Origin: Narcine bancroftii
Taxonomy: Eukaryota
Direction of reading: 5' to 3'
Assembly: GCF_036971445.1 (NCBI RefSeq)
Contig: NC_091481.1
Location: 72,602,001-72,666,000, forward strand
Length of the DNA stretch: 64,000 nucleotides
The notes below the pieces were generated by a model that did not search any database, was not told the origin of the DNA, and saw only the letters and a program-made list of their open reading frames with translations. A program made the translations under genes and the position numbers. Shown here in pieces: positions 12,038 through 26,200 of the stretch. The stretch's first letter is position 1; each line of letters starts with the position of its first letter.

Positions 12038-12924
12038 GTGAGCCAGTGTTTAATTATTACCCAGCATGGTGAGGGGGTGGTGGTGTGGCGGTGGGGGGGC
12101 ACTGGGATTGGTTCTGCCTGAACCTGAGGCATCTGTCTTACTGCTGTCTGTAAGGTTGTACATTCTGTGTCTGTGTGGGTTTCAAGATTCATTTATTGTC
12201 CTGTAATAAAACAGTGGAATATTACACAAAATTGCCTTTTGCCTGCTGAAAGGTAGACAGGCCATCAACAGAAATTACCTCTTCCAGTCAGTGAAAGAGA
12301 AGCAAAAGAGAGTCCCCACCCCCAGAGTAACTGAGTGTCTGTGGATTCTCCTCCAGCACTCCCACAGCCTCCGCAGACCAAACCATCAGTAACCTGAGCT
12401 TCAGATCCGGACCTCTGACACAGCGCCCTCAGCACCCTCTTGCATCCCGATTCTGATACCTGGTACCCCTTCAGCCAATCTCCAGCAGTCTGAAACCTGG
12501 TGTGAATCCCTCAACCACAGTCACCATAGCCTGCATGGATTCTTTGTCTCGAGTCACCATTAGCCCACCGTCTGTGTGTTCCTCAGCCTTGGATCCCCTC
12601 ACTGGTCTGCTGCTGTGGTCACTGTCCTATGGGTCATTATCTCTGCTAGTTCTCAAATGGGGGTGGGGTGGTCTCTCTGTTTTCTGGTGCCCTGCACCAG
12701 TCCTCTGCTTCCCCTCCTTGCCCAGTAATACTCTTGCAGCAAGCAGGCTTCTGGCACATTCAGGAAGGGTCACAACTCAGCGAGGAGAGCCCTCGACCAG
12801 TGGGTGGGCTGGGATGGAGAGATCAGGAAGGCTTTTCCCATGTCCACTGCCAGTGGCAGTTCAGCGCACAAACTCCCGGAATCAGCACCCATTCATTCCA
12901 CTGCTTCAGGCGAGCAGGCCTTCA

Positions 12925-13470
12925 GCCCTCTGCCCTCTGCCCCCCCCATCTCTCCCCTCCCCTGTCCACACCATCTCTCCCCTCCCCACCACTCCCCTTC
13001 TTCCCAACCCCCAATTCACCTCTACACCTCTCCCACTGCCCCTTCACCTCTTCCCCTCCTCTCCTCCCACCTCATTTCTACCCTCCCACCTCTCCCTCTC
13101 CCCTCCACCTCACCTCTCCCTTTCTCCTCCCTTCACCCCCTCCAACACACCCCTCCCCAAATCTCCCCTCCTCCTGCCCCTCACCCCTCCACCTGTCCTC
13201 CACAACCTTCAACTCACCCCTAACTCTTCCTCTCCACCTCACCCCTCCCGCTTGCATTTCCCGCCCCTCCTAGCACCACACATCTCTTCCCATCACCACA
13301 GAACCCCTCCCCTCCTCCCACCCCTCTTTCCCCTTCCTCCCCTTTTCCCCATCTCCCCTATCTCCTCCTCTTCCCTATCTCCTTCCCCACACTCTTTCCC
13401 CATCTCTCCTCTTTCCTCTCCCTCATCCAATACTCACACCCCTTCTCCACCCTCCTCCCTCTCCTATCCT
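12925..13470. repeat. Polypyrimidine (C/T-rich) low-complexity tract
   Basis: About 550 bp with very few G on the + strand. Confidence 0.85.
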
Positions 13471-13734
13471 GCTCTACTTTGGCCCAACCTCTGGCCTGAT
13501 TCCAGTTGATTGGTTTTAATGACTGAATTTTGTTTCAAACTGCTATAAACTCCACAAAAGTAAACATCAAGGGCACATGGAACACTGAGCCCCATGAAAG
13601 TCAGTCTCAGTAACCATTAACCCACCAGCTCATTGGAAGCACAATTCTTCACAGGAGTGTCCAGTTATCCCTGCCCCTCCCCTCCTCTCCTCCACCCCAA
13701 CAATGCCTGCCCCTCAGGAGGAGGTTCACAAGGA

Positions 13735-14135
13735 GGAGATGAAAGGCTTATCATATGTGGAACATTTGTCAGCTCTTGTCCTGTACTCGTTGGAATTTAG
13801 GAGAATGAGGGGGGTCTCACTGAAACATTTTGAATGTTGAAAGGGGTGGACAGACTCAATGTAGAAAGGTTGTTTAGGACAAGAGGGCACAACTTCAGGA
13901 TTGAATGGGATCACTTAGATGTGGAAAAATTTCTTCAGCCAGAGGGTGGTGAATCTGTGGAATTTGTTGCCACAGGCGGTTGTGGAGGCCGGGTTGTTGG
14001 GTGTATTTAAGGCAGAGATTGATAGGTTCTTGATTAGCCAGGGCATCAAAGGTTATGGGGAGAAGGCCGGGCAGTGGGAATGAGTGGGGAAATGGATCAG
14101 CTCATGATTAAATAGCAGGGCAGACGTGATGGGCT
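13735..14135 (+). mobile_element. CR1-clade LINE 3' fragment
   Basis: CR1-like LYSLEFRRMRG.L...FFSQRVVNLWNLLP..VVEA. Related copies at about 17640-18080(-), 27780-28290(+), 29650-29965(+), 46880-48835(-), 50360-50620(-) and 60120-60830(-). Confidence 0.8.
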
Positions 14136-14639
14136 GAGGACCTCCTCTGTGTGACTCGCTGTCTGTTGTGACCTGGATGGAATGTTCCTCCGCAAACAAT
14201 AAACGTATCCATGAGGATCAGAAGGTGCCTTTCATAAGTTGCAGACTGACTTTAGCCAATGTTAAATTCGTTTGTTTGTTCCTGGAACACGTTCTTCCGC
14301 AGTTCACAAGCACTTGGCTCAGCCAGTGTGTTTTGAGACCAAAGTAGTCTGATTGGGTGAGATCTTGGAGCTTGTTGACTGAATGTGACCCTGGGGAAGA
14401 TTAGTTTTAGAGTCGCAGTGAGCAGCTGCTCCTGACCACTGCGCGTGACTTTGTTCAGAAACCATCAGCAGGGATCACTTGCCAAGAAGCATCAGGAAAA
14501 GCTTCCCCCTGAACTTGTGAGCATGTCGGGGAACTGACAGGAGAATATGTGAGTGTCTCTGTACTGATAATTAGAATGTACATTCTATCGAACCTGTACC
14601 CTGCCGATAAATTGGATCCAAAATAGTCTAGATGGCAGG

Positions 14640-15175
14640 GAACAAAGTGTAGTTAAAAACTCAATGTTGGAGAAACTCAGCAGGTCAAACAGTGTACTTT
14701 ATATGGGTACATAACCAACATTTCAGGCTTGAGTCCTTCATCAAGGTATGGAAAAATGTCGACAGGTAAACTGATCAAAATGGTGGAGAGGACCACGATC
14801 CCAAAGGCAGGAAGAAATAGGTGGTTAAGGGAGGAAGGACACATTAGCAAACAAGGGGAGGGGAAATGGCTCTGTGATTGGAGAGGGAAGGGGGTGGAGA
14901 GGTGGAGGAATGAAGACAAAGGGAAAGGAAAGGGAGGGAGAGCGTAGGTTAGCAGAAACCGGAGAAGTCGACATTAATGCCATCTGGTTGGAGAGTACCC
15001 AGTCGGAAAATTGTTCTTCCAATTTACAGGTGGTCTTGGTGGGATAGTACATGAGGCCATGGACAGACATGTAAATGTGGGAGGGGGATGCAGAATTGAA
15101 ATGGTTGGCCACTGAGCGAAGGTGCTCAGCAAAGCGATCGCCCTGTCTGTGCCCAGTGTCTGATGTAGAGAAAGC
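14640..15175 (-). mobile_element. Penelope-like element fragment (GIY-YIG remnant plus terminal repeat)
   Basis: Minus strand DRFAEHLRSVANHFNS..H..MSVHGL..CKLEEQ, followed by the cttgatgaaggactcaagcctgaaa motif. Related copies at about 9285-9665(-), 42945-43380(-) and 63605-64000(-). Confidence 0.75.
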
Positions 15176-17050
15176 AAAGTGAAATGGTTTTAACGTCTGG
15201 AAGTCATTACCACGGGATTTCCTGATCTTGTCCTCTGTCCCTCCCTGTTTGTAATGTATATGAGTGAAATGGTGGCGGATGATCCAAAAATGGATCATGG
15301 GGTTGACAATAAGGAGGAACGCTTCAGACAGCAGAAAGATCTAGATAGTCTGGAGCGTTGAGCAGACAAATGGGCCTCCTGGCCAAAGAGCCCAGTTGAT
15401 CTACAACCCCCGTACATTTTGAAGAGTGGGAGGAAAACGAAGCACCCAGAGGAAACTCATGCAGACTAGGGGAGAACATACAAGCTCCTTACGGAGAGCA
15501 CCAGATTTGAACCCGGATGACTGGCGCTGTAACAACGTTCCGCTAATCGTGCCACCCATATGCTGGAGAAGTGATGCATTTGGGGATTGGCAACAAGGCA
15601 AGGAGGTATTCAATAAATGGAAGAATGTACAGGAAATCAAGGGCGTTGGAGCAGCGAAGCAGAACCTTCACTCCAACTTGTCCCTACAGACAAGTTACCT
15701 ACTAAGCTAGTCTCTCTCATCTGCATCCAGTCCACATCCCTCCAAACCTTTCTGTCCGTGTACCTGTTTAAATGTTGGTATCATACCATCTCCTCTGGCA
15801 ACTGAATATTCCCACCACCCTCTAGATGAAGATGTTGCCCCCTCAGCCCCCTTTTAGATCTCCCACAACCCCTCACCTTGTCACAATGCCCTCTAGTTTA
15901 AAACTCTCTGACTTGGGACAAAGACTGGCTATTCACCATAACTATGCCAGTTATATTACCTGATAAGGTTACCCCTTCGCCTTCTAACTTCAGAGAGAAA
16001 AGTTCCAACCTATCAAGCTCCTAAATAGACCTTAGATCAGTAGGATGTTAAAACATGCTTAAGGTTTGCTTAGAGTGAGGTTAGATTATAACTGTTCAGC
16101 ACTAGTTTCCCCTGCAGTAATGAGGCCTTTTAGATGTCAGGTTCCCCATTTCTTGTGTTACATTTTCACCTTGTGTACCGTGGGCGTTATGGTCAGCATA
16201 TGGAGATGGTACTTGAGAGCACACAGAGGATATATATGAGGATGATGACAGGACTACAAAATTGTGACCAAGAAGACTGTGGGCTGTTACACGCCTGCAT
16301 CCGGGACTGCGGTTCGTATCCTGCGCTGTCTGTAAGGAGTTTGTACGTTCTCCCAATGTCTGCGTTGATTTCCCTTGGGTGCACTGGTTTCCTCCCATTG
16401 GGGTTGTAGGACATTTGGGGTTTGGGCTCATGGGCTGGGAGGGTCTGTTACCGTGCTGTATGTCTAAATTAAAAACAAATTACATTTAATTAAAAGAAAG
16501 ATGGGTTTTCTTTGGAACAGAAGTTTGGCATTACAGTTCTCCATTCTGTAAATCATGCTCTTCTACCTTAGATGGCTGTAGGGATATTAGAGCTAATCTG
16601 TTCTACTGCTCGCAGAAGAACCCTTCACACTGTACTGGGTATACTGGGAGAAAGGAACATAAACATTAAGGACATGAAGAGCCCTATTAAATCGGAATGA
16701 CCTAGTTCTCTTTGGAGAGGGGGTCAAAAATGATTTTTGGAAAGATTTAGTGGGAAGGAGTTTTTTTTTCCAGAGGTTGCTTGGAGTTTGGAACTCCCTG
16801 CTGGAAAATATGCTGGAGGCTTGGATTTGTTCTTAAAGATCTGCTTTCCTTGACTCAAATGCATGGGTTGACTTTGGTAGTGAGAATGTTTCTGCTGTAA
16901 CAAGGCAATACCTCTGGAATTTCCACTGCTGGAATGAGGCCATTTGGATGTTTGTGTTTCTCAGATCATGTGTTGCATTGTTACCTCCTTTAGCAACGTC
17001 CCTAAGAGCTCTCTGCTGCTTGGCCATTTCTCCTCCGTAACATCTCTCTA

Positions 17051-17237
17051 ATGGAAAAAGGCAAGACGGACTCCCACAGTGTTGATGCGACCGTGTCCGG
17101 CTCGGGACTAGTGCTGGAGCAGCCTCACAGACCTACCTGGGGCAACAAATTGCAGTATATCCTTGCCCAGGTGGGATTCTCTGTAGGACTCGGAAATGTC
17201 TGGAGGTTCCCCTATCTCTGCCATCAGAATGGGGGTG
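17051..17237 (+). CDS. SLC6A16: SLC6 transporter coding exon 1 (N-terminus, TM1)
   Basis: MEKGK...[36 protein letters not shown]; donor GTGAGT at 17238, phase 1. Confidence 0.93.
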
Positions 17238-20200
17238 GTGAGTATTTCATTAATGATTTATTCCATGCTCATTGATAGATGACTTGTAGACCATAAGACA
17301 TCAGAATTTGAATTTATTGTTGTGGTCATGTCACAAAATTTGCTGTTTTGTGGCAGTATCACAGTACAAACATTTATATAAAACCACATTACAAAATAAG
17401 CATAAATAATGCACAAAAAAAAGTGAGGGAATCTCTGTGGTTCATTGATCATTCAGGGGAAAAAGTTGTTTTTGTGCCGCTGGGTGTTTGTCTTCAGGCT
17501 CCTGTACCTCCTTCCTGGTGGTAGCAGTGAGAAGAAGGCATGGCCTGGGTTGGGGTCCTTGAGGATTGAGTCTGTTTTCTTAAGATACTGCCTCTTGTAG
17601 ATGTCCTTGATGGAATGAAGACTTGTGCCCGTGATGTCGCTTAGAAGCAGAAATGGGTCATTCAACCTATCATGTCTCCCACACCATTTAATCATGAACT
17701 GATCCATTTTCCCAATCAGCCCCACTGCCCGGCCTTCTCCCCATAACCTTTGATCCCCTGGCTCATCAAGAACCTGTCAATCTCTGCCTTAAATACACCC
17801 AACAACCCGGCCTCCACAACCGCCTGTGGCAACAAATTCCACAGATTCATCCCCTCTCTGGCTAAAGAAATTCCTCTGCATCTCTGTTCTAAGCACATGC
17901 ACTCTTGTTCAAGACTCTCCCACCATGGGAAACAACACACCTTTCAACATTTGAAATTTTCAATGAGATCCCTGCCCCTCCCCCTGCCCCTCCCCCCCCC
18001 CCATCATTCTAAATTCCAACTAGTACAGGCCAAAAGCCGTTAGACACTCCTCATATGATATCCCTTTCACCCCTGGAATTATCAGAAGAGCAGGTTATAG
18101 ACTGTATGAAAGCATTACACATAATGAAGGCAACACACCTAGTCTGATCCACACACTATTCAGTTGCTGCACTCTGTCCTGCGCTAGCTTGGCTGAAGTG
18201 AGTTCTTCAGAGATATCATTCCCATAGATTGGAAATCAAATATCACATTCCAGCAGTGTTTTACCAGTGTGGACACTACAGCATTCCAGGGAAGTGGATG
18301 AAGCAGCAGGCAGAGACTGTGATTGTGCAGGAGGAGGGATGGTGTATGCAGCAAATAAAACACCTCCCAAACCTGTGACCTCCACAACGTGGTACCATCA
18401 GGGCTCTCACTGTGTCTGATAACCACCTGGATGTGTCCTTCAAGGGCAGTGACCTCTGGCCCATACACAAACGTGCTGGAGAAACTCAGGCATCCAGAGG
18501 TCACCAACGTATCAGGCCCATGGGCTAGAGGGTAGGATTACGGTGGGTGTTTTTCCTTGACCCACACATAAAATGACCAGAATATTCACTTCTACATCTA
18601 CATTTTTTACAAAGGAGGGCTGAAAACCTGGGTAGGGACACCACTACCTGAAGGCTCAGCTCCTGGGTGGGAATATATTACCAGATCTTCAGTGTAACAA
18701 GATTAGATCTTGCACCTTCCTACCTAATAGTTCTGGAGAAACTACAGTAAAAACCTCCGGTATCCGGCACCTATAGGGATTGGTAGATGCTGGATAAGTT
18801 AATTTTTTGTTTGCTTGAGATTTTGTGTGGTGTGGATTGCCAGACTAACTGCTGCGGGGGGTGGGGGGGCACCAAATTTAAACTTTCATGCTTTTTACCT
18901 TTTTATTTGCCGGTTTTCTGAGGCTGCCGGTTGCTTGAATTCTGTATAACGAGAGTTTTACTATGTTGGGTTCAGCAAATGTTTTGCAACAGATCAAGAA
19001 GGCAGCTCCTCACCACCTCAAGGATGGGCAATAAATACCAGTGATGTACAAACTGGGAGAAATTCAGAAGTATCCTTTTGCTGGCAAACCCAAGAGAAAA
19101 AATGCTTCCTTTTTTTAAAGTTCGCTTGGTGGGCAAAGAATTGTTTGGGCAGGGAAGTTCTTTTTTTAAAATTTTTTTTTATTTTTCACGCTATAAACCA
19201 CATTGATCAAGATACATACATTTTTCTTTTCAAATATATACAGTGTCATTTTCTCCCCCCCCCCTTCCCATCCCACCCTCCCTACCTCCCCTCCCATTCA
19301 TTTAAAGTTCAGAATCTAAGATACATTAAACCCGTCAAACAATGTTGTCACTCAATAAAAATAAACAAGAAATTCCACTGAGTCATTTCTTTTCATTTCC
19401 TTCTCCTTCTGTCATTTTAGGTGGTAGATGTCCCCGGTAGGTTTTCTCTATTGTGTTTCATGTATGGATCCCATATTTGTTCAAATATTGTAATATTATT
19501 TCTTAAATTATATGTTATTTTTTCTAATGGAATACATTTATTCATTTCTATATACCATTGTTGTATTCTCAAGTTATCTTCTAATTTCCAGGCTGACATA
19601 ATACATTTTTTTGCGACAGCTAGGGCTATCCTAACAAATCTTTTTTGTGCACCATCCAAATCAAGTCCAAATTCTTTGTTTTTTATATTACTTAGGAGGA
19701 AGATCTCTGGGTTTTTTGGTATATTGCTTTTTGTGATTTTATTTAGTATCTGGTTTAGATCTTCAGGGAAGTTCTTGAAGTGTAGTCACCCCTGTTGTAT
19801 TGGAAATACAATGGCCAAAGTGCTCGCAGCAGGAGGAAATGGAAGTTCAAAGCCAGATGGGTCACATGCATCAAACCTCTGGGACGGACAAGTGTGAGGT
19901 GTTGCATTTTGGAAGGACAAACTAAAGTTGGACGTACACAGTAAATGGTCGGGCACTGAGAGTGCAGTAGAACAGACTGGGAATACAGATACATAATTCT
20001 CTGAACGTGATGGAACATGAAAGGGAACTTCACACAGAGAGTAGTGGGAGTGTGGAACAAGCTGCCAGCTGAAGTGGTGAATGTGGACTCAAATTTAACA
20101 TGAAGAAAAATTTGGACAGGTACCTGAATGGGGAGTGTGTGAAGGGTTGCGAGCTGGTTGCAGGTCAGTGGGACTAGGCAGAATATTAGTTTAGCATAGA

Positions 20201-23200
20201 CGAGAAGGACTTATTTTCGGTGCTCCAATGTTCTATGGTTCTAACTATTTGGCCTGGTGCTAAGAGTGTAGAACTCCCCATTAGAATTTCCAAACTCAGT
20301 CCCCACTAAAGGAAGTGGTTGATCTCTGCTCCATCAGTATGTTGACCAGGAAGCCACTCAGTTCCGAGGGCAACCAGATATGAATAAAACTGTCTCCGCC
20401 AGTGATGCAGATGTGCCATGACCTCTAAAGAAAATGTTCCTCTTCCAGGAGCTTTCCTTTTCCTCTACCTAATTCTGCTGGTGGTGATGGGAATCCCACT
20501 CTTTTTCCTGGAACTGGCAGCTGGGCAGAGCATCCGCCAGGGAAGCATTGGAGTCTGGAAGCACATTAACCCGAAGCTGGCTGGCATTGGATTTGCGAGT
20601 TGCTTGGTGAGTGAGAGGGCAGCAGGGTTGATGGAGCGACTGCAGGGCTGGGTATCGAAGCTGAGGACCAGATGGGCGAGAGGGTTGATGAGATGGCTGG
20701 GAAACTGCAGCTTTCTTGGGGGGGGGGGGGGGGCATTTCATTGGAAACTACAATGAGTAGGGGACCAAGGAGAATGTGTTCCGAGAGATGAAAGGTAAGG
20801 GTGCTGTGTGAGATCCAGGACTGACTGCTCACTTGCTTTACATGTTGACCCCACAGGTTTGCAGTTTTGTCTCGCTCTACTACAATGTCATCATTGCCTG
20901 GAGCCTCTTCTACTTTGGTCACTCTTTCCAGTACCCATTGCCCTGGGAATCATGTCCCTCTCTGCCCAACAACACAGGAGTTGGTAGGTATCTGCACGAT
21001 TGGCCGTCTGCCGCTTGTCCTGCACTTCCTGCCTTCCACACTGATATACTGTCCATTCTCCACCCCAGTGTCCGAGTGCAGTGAGAGTTCTCCCACCACG
21101 TACTTCTGGTACCGCAAAGCCTTGAAAATCACCAGTTCCATCGACCAGAGCGGAGGCCTGGACCCCACCATGACAGGCTGCCTGCTTGCTGCGTGGGTCA
21201 TTGTCTGCCTCGCAATGATCAAGGGAATAAAGTCCTCAGGCAAGGTAATGCATGATCCTGCTGTCTTCATTTCCAGTCATCTCCTGCCAGTGAGGTGTCT
21301 GAGCCCAGTGAATGAGGATCAAAGGCTCTCCTGTTTGACCATCAACAGAGTGGATGAGGGCAGGAGATATCTAAAAGTCCCCACCACTGATCCCCTTCCT
21401 TTTTTTTAAAATAATTTTTTATTTTTCACACTGTGAACCATATCAACCAAAATATATACAAACATTTCTCATTAAATATACACAGTGGCATTTTCTCCCT
21501 TTTTTCCCCCTATCCTCCCTCCCCCCTTCCCACTCCCCTCCAAAACCATATACGATACAATAAAACCATAAAACAATGTCTTCACACAATGAAAAATAAA
21601 CAAGAAAAATGCATCACCTACTTTTACACACTGAATGGAGTTGTTTTGTCTTATCATTTTAGGGGGTGGAGGTCCGAGGCAACCCCTCTCTGTTATGTTC
21701 CATGTATGGTTCCCAAATTTGTTCAAATAATGTGACTTTATATTTTAAATTATATGTTATTTTTTCCAATGGAATACATTCATTTATTTCCATATACCAT
21801 TGGTGTATTCTCAGGCTCTCTTCCATTTTCCAAGTTGACATTATACATTTTTTTGCTACAGCTAAGGCTATCATAATAAATCTTTTTTGCGCTTCATCCA
21901 GTTTGAGGCCTAATTCCTTACTTCTTATATTACTTAGAAGAAAGATCTCTGGATTTTTTGGTATTGTTATTTTTTGTGATTTTATTTAATATCTGATTTA
22001 GATCTTCCCAAAACATTTTCACTTTCGTACATGCCCAAATTGCATGTACTGTTGTTCCCGTTTCCTTCTTACAGCGAAAACATCTATCTGATAATGTTGG
22101 ATCCCATGTTTTTAACTTTTGAGGCGTGATATATAACCTGTGTAACCAATTATACTGCATCATGCGTAACCTTGTGTTTATTATATTCTTCATAGTTCCA
22201 GAACATAACTTTTCCCATGCTTCATTTTTTACCTTAAAGTTTAAGGTAGTTAAACTTTTGTTTAGGTTTAAAGCTTATTTCATCATTTTCCTTATCTTGC
22301 AGCTTAATCTACATGTTCGTTATAAATCTTTTAATTATCATTGTGTCTGTAATCACATATTCAAAGCTGCTTCCTTCTGGTAACCTCAGTCTGTTTCCCA
22401 ATTTATCCTTTAAATAAACTTTCAGTTGAATATCTGCAAACATTATACCATGAGTTATTCCATATTTGTACTTCAATTGTTCAAATGTTAATAAATTATT
22501 TCCCAAAAAACAATTTTCTATTCTTTTGATTCCTTTTCTCTCCCATTCTCTTAAAGAAAGGTTATCTATTGTAAAAGGGATTAGTGGGTTTTGTGTCAAT
22601 AACAATTTTGGTATTTGGTAATTCGTTTTTTTTTCCTTTCTAACTGGATCTTCTTCCATATATTAAGTAAATGATGCAATACTAGTGAGCTTTTATATTG
22701 CATCAGCTTTTCATCCCACTTATAAAGTATATGTTCTGGTACCTTCTCTTCTATTTTATCTAGTTCTATCTTAGTCCAGTCTGGTTTTTCCCTTGTCTGG
22801 TAAAAATCTGATAAATACCTTAATTGTGCGTCTATAATAATTTTTAAAGTTTGGTAACTGCAAACCACCTTGGTTATACCTTTCTGTTAATTTATCTAAT
22901 GCAACCCTCGGTTTCCCCCCCCCCTTTTAACAAGAATTTCCTTATTATTCTCTTTAGTTCATTAAAGAATTTCTCTGTTAAGGGAATTGGTAATGATTAA
23001 AATAAGTATTGTATCCTTGGGAAAGCATTCATTTTAATGCAATTTACCACTTAACCCACTTCCTGAGTTCCTTACAGTTTTCCTCGAGGGTGCAAGTCAG
23101 CTCCTGGGAAAAATAGGGGTGCTGCTGGGTTGATAGAAAAGGAAACAATACGTTGTGTAGAAAATACCCTGTGGGACTTTGCAAAACAGAGAGGGAAAGT

Positions 23201-26200
23201 TTCAGGATGTTTTGGAAGTTAATGTTTTCACAGAAGACGAGAGATGGGGAGAGCGCTTGTTTGACCATGCAACCAGGGCAGGTCCATCTCTCTGATGGTG
23301 AGGCTGGCAGCGGCTGAGATGTGCAGGAGGCTTGCATGAGGTAAACACAGTGTTGGGGGGAAGGTGCACAAAGTCTCAGGGAGATGCTTCAGCCAAACCT
23401 TGAAAATTTAGTGATTTGTATCATTTGAAGGACAAGTGTGCGTGAGACATGAGAGATAGTGTTGGGCAGGAGGTGATGCTGAAAACTGCATCAGCAAGCT
23501 GATCCCACCGAGCTTGCTTCCTGTCTCTTGTGTCCGTGAGTGTGAGTGGGGCGATTGTGAGCAGAGGCTCATTAATGACCTTGCCGTTCACCCCACAGGT
23601 TATGTACTTCAGTTCCCTCTTCCCTTACCTCGTGCTTTTTTGCTTCCTGGTTCGAGGCCTCCTGCTGGAAGGGTCCGCCGATGGAATTCGCTACATGTTC
23701 ACCCCCAAGGTAAGGGGAAGTGGAAAGGCAGTACCAAAGGGAAGGAACTAACCTGGGTTCAGGTTGGGGTCTTCACCCTATAATACTGAGCATGGAAAGG
23801 GTTGAGGTAACAGGGTGACTGAGATGGGGGGGAGGGGTTGGGGTCTTTCTGCCCTCATGTCACCACATGTAGTAAGTGCAGCCGAAGCCACATCGTCACT
23901 TTTGTTCTGACCCAGAGGTGCCAGGGTTGGAGGGCAGCACAGTTAACTTAGCGGTTAACATAACGCTGCTGCAGTGCCAACGATCAGACTGAGGTTCAAA
24001 TCCAGCACTGTCTGTAAGGAGTTTGTATGTTCTCCCCGTGTCTATGTTCTTCCACACTTCAAAACGTACCAGGAGCTTTAGATTGATTAATTGGTGTAAT
24101 TGGGCTCGTGGAAGGAAGGACCTGTTTCCATGCTGTATGTCTAAATTTAAATCTAGCAGTGAATGGGGACAGTTGCCAGCAACCCCTATGTGTGGAAAAG
24201 ATCATTAAATCTGCTGTCAAATGACCTTCTCCTGTGTGAGGGGGGTTTAGTTGCTATTTGTGGTCAGCACAGTGGACATTGTGCCATGGAAATCTAGGGC
24301 ATCACGGTGGTACAGCTATGCTTCCTCGAGCCTCCATCATCTCCTGTGTTGCTTGCGCAGAGCATATACATTCTCCTGGACTATTTCACCCATTCTGGGT
24401 GCTCCCATTGTCTGGTTAATTTTCCACTGTAAATTGTCCTGAGTGTGCAGGGTGAGTGGTAAAATACGAGGGAGTGTAAAGAGAATAAAATAGCATAAAT
24501 GGGGAGGTTGCTGGTCAGAGGGTGAAGGGTCCTGTTCTAGTGCTGTACGTCTGAACCCTTGGAGGCTGGGGCTCACTAACACAATTTCGCAGACCATTGT
24601 GCAGTAGAAGTCCTAAAATTTGGACTGCTTGGACATTGGATCAGTCCAGATTCTCAGGGAGTACTTTTAAAACTCAAATTTAAGGAGGAATAAAGAGATA
24701 AACAGGTAAATGTTGATAGTTTATTCACTAACAAGTACAGCACGCTTCATTTATCAAAACGAGTAGCCTAAAAGGAAAATAAAGTGGTGGCTTGTTGCCA
24801 CTGTGCATCTGTGGTGCTTACGCACACCCACACGCACTCAAAAGTCTGTTAAATTTTAAAAGTTTGAGAATTTTCAAAAAGTTCGGATTCTTGCGTGGTC
24901 CAGATTTCTGGCATCCAATTTTTGGACTACCACTGTTTTAAAGATTAGGCAGAGAACAGGTGAGACATATACTTTGTTATACTATACTTTGATCTCCACT
25001 TCCAAAGTTGCTGTAAATCAGATCAATCTGACACAGGAATATGCAGAGAAGAGGGCAAGCAGACAAGATTTAACATTATACCTGGTACAATGAGATTTTT
25101 ATTTTTGTTTGGTGTATTATTGGACGCAGACATTGTGGGTTGAAGGACCTGTTCCTGTGTTCAGTCTCTTGATTTCAGATTGCTTGTGTCTTATGCAGAT
25201 TGAAATCTTGGTGGACACTCAAGTGTGGCGTCAAGCTGCCACACAAGTCTTCTTCGCCTTGGGCCTGGGCTTCGGCAGTGTCATTGCATATTCCAGCTAC
25301 AATTCCCGCACCAATAACTGTCATTTCGATGCCTACCTTGTCTCCTTCATCAATTTCTTCACCTCTGTGTTTGCCACACTGGTTGTCTTTTCAGTGCTGG
25401 GATTCCGAGCTAATGTCCTCACTCAGAAATGTCTGCAAAGGTACAAGACTTGAAAACTGACACTTACAACATTGTCTGGGCTAAATAGGTCATCCATCAT
25501 TTCACGATGAATTGTATGTGGGGATATTAATGGGATTGATGTCAAAGGTTCGAGATTCTTTTACTGTCATGTAATGGGTGGCACGGTTAGCGTAGTGCTG
25601 TTACAGCACCAGAGATCAGGACTGGGGTTCAAATCCTGCGCTATCTGTAAGGAGTTTGTATGTTTTTATTGTGTTTGTGTGGGTTTTCCAGGGGACTTCA
25701 GTTTCCTCCCACACTTCAAAACATAATTGGCGGCCATGCTGTATGTCTAAAAAAAATTTGAAAACAGATGTCTTAAACAAAATTGCGTTTACTCTGCCAT
25801 CAACATAAATTGTCCGGAACCCTGAGAGAAAGAGAAGGAAAAGGGAGTCCCTTCAGAGTTAATGAGCGTCTGTGGATTTTCCTCCCGCATTCTCCCCAGC
25901 CACTCAGACTTCAGTCTAAATTATCAGCTACCCAAACTCCAGATCCAAACCTCCGACATGATCAGGAACCCTTCAGTGCCTCTCGCATCCCAGTTCCGAT
26001 ACTTGGTACGCCCTCATCCACTCTCCAGCAGTCTACAGCCCAGTGTGAATCCTTGGACCGCAGTCGCCAACAGCCTGTGTGTTCTCCAGCCTCAGAGCCC
26101 GTCACTGTGGTCACCGTCCTGTGGGTCATCTCCTCTGCTTCTCCTTCTCAGATGGGGGATGGTCTCCCTGTTTTATGAGGCCTATGACAGTCCTCTGTTC

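Noticed and set aside
12502-13509. 335-aa Pro/Ser/Leu-rich ORF, the longest in the window
   Set aside because: It runs through an interspersed repeat and a C/T tract that lacks stop codons for compositional reasons; no domain.
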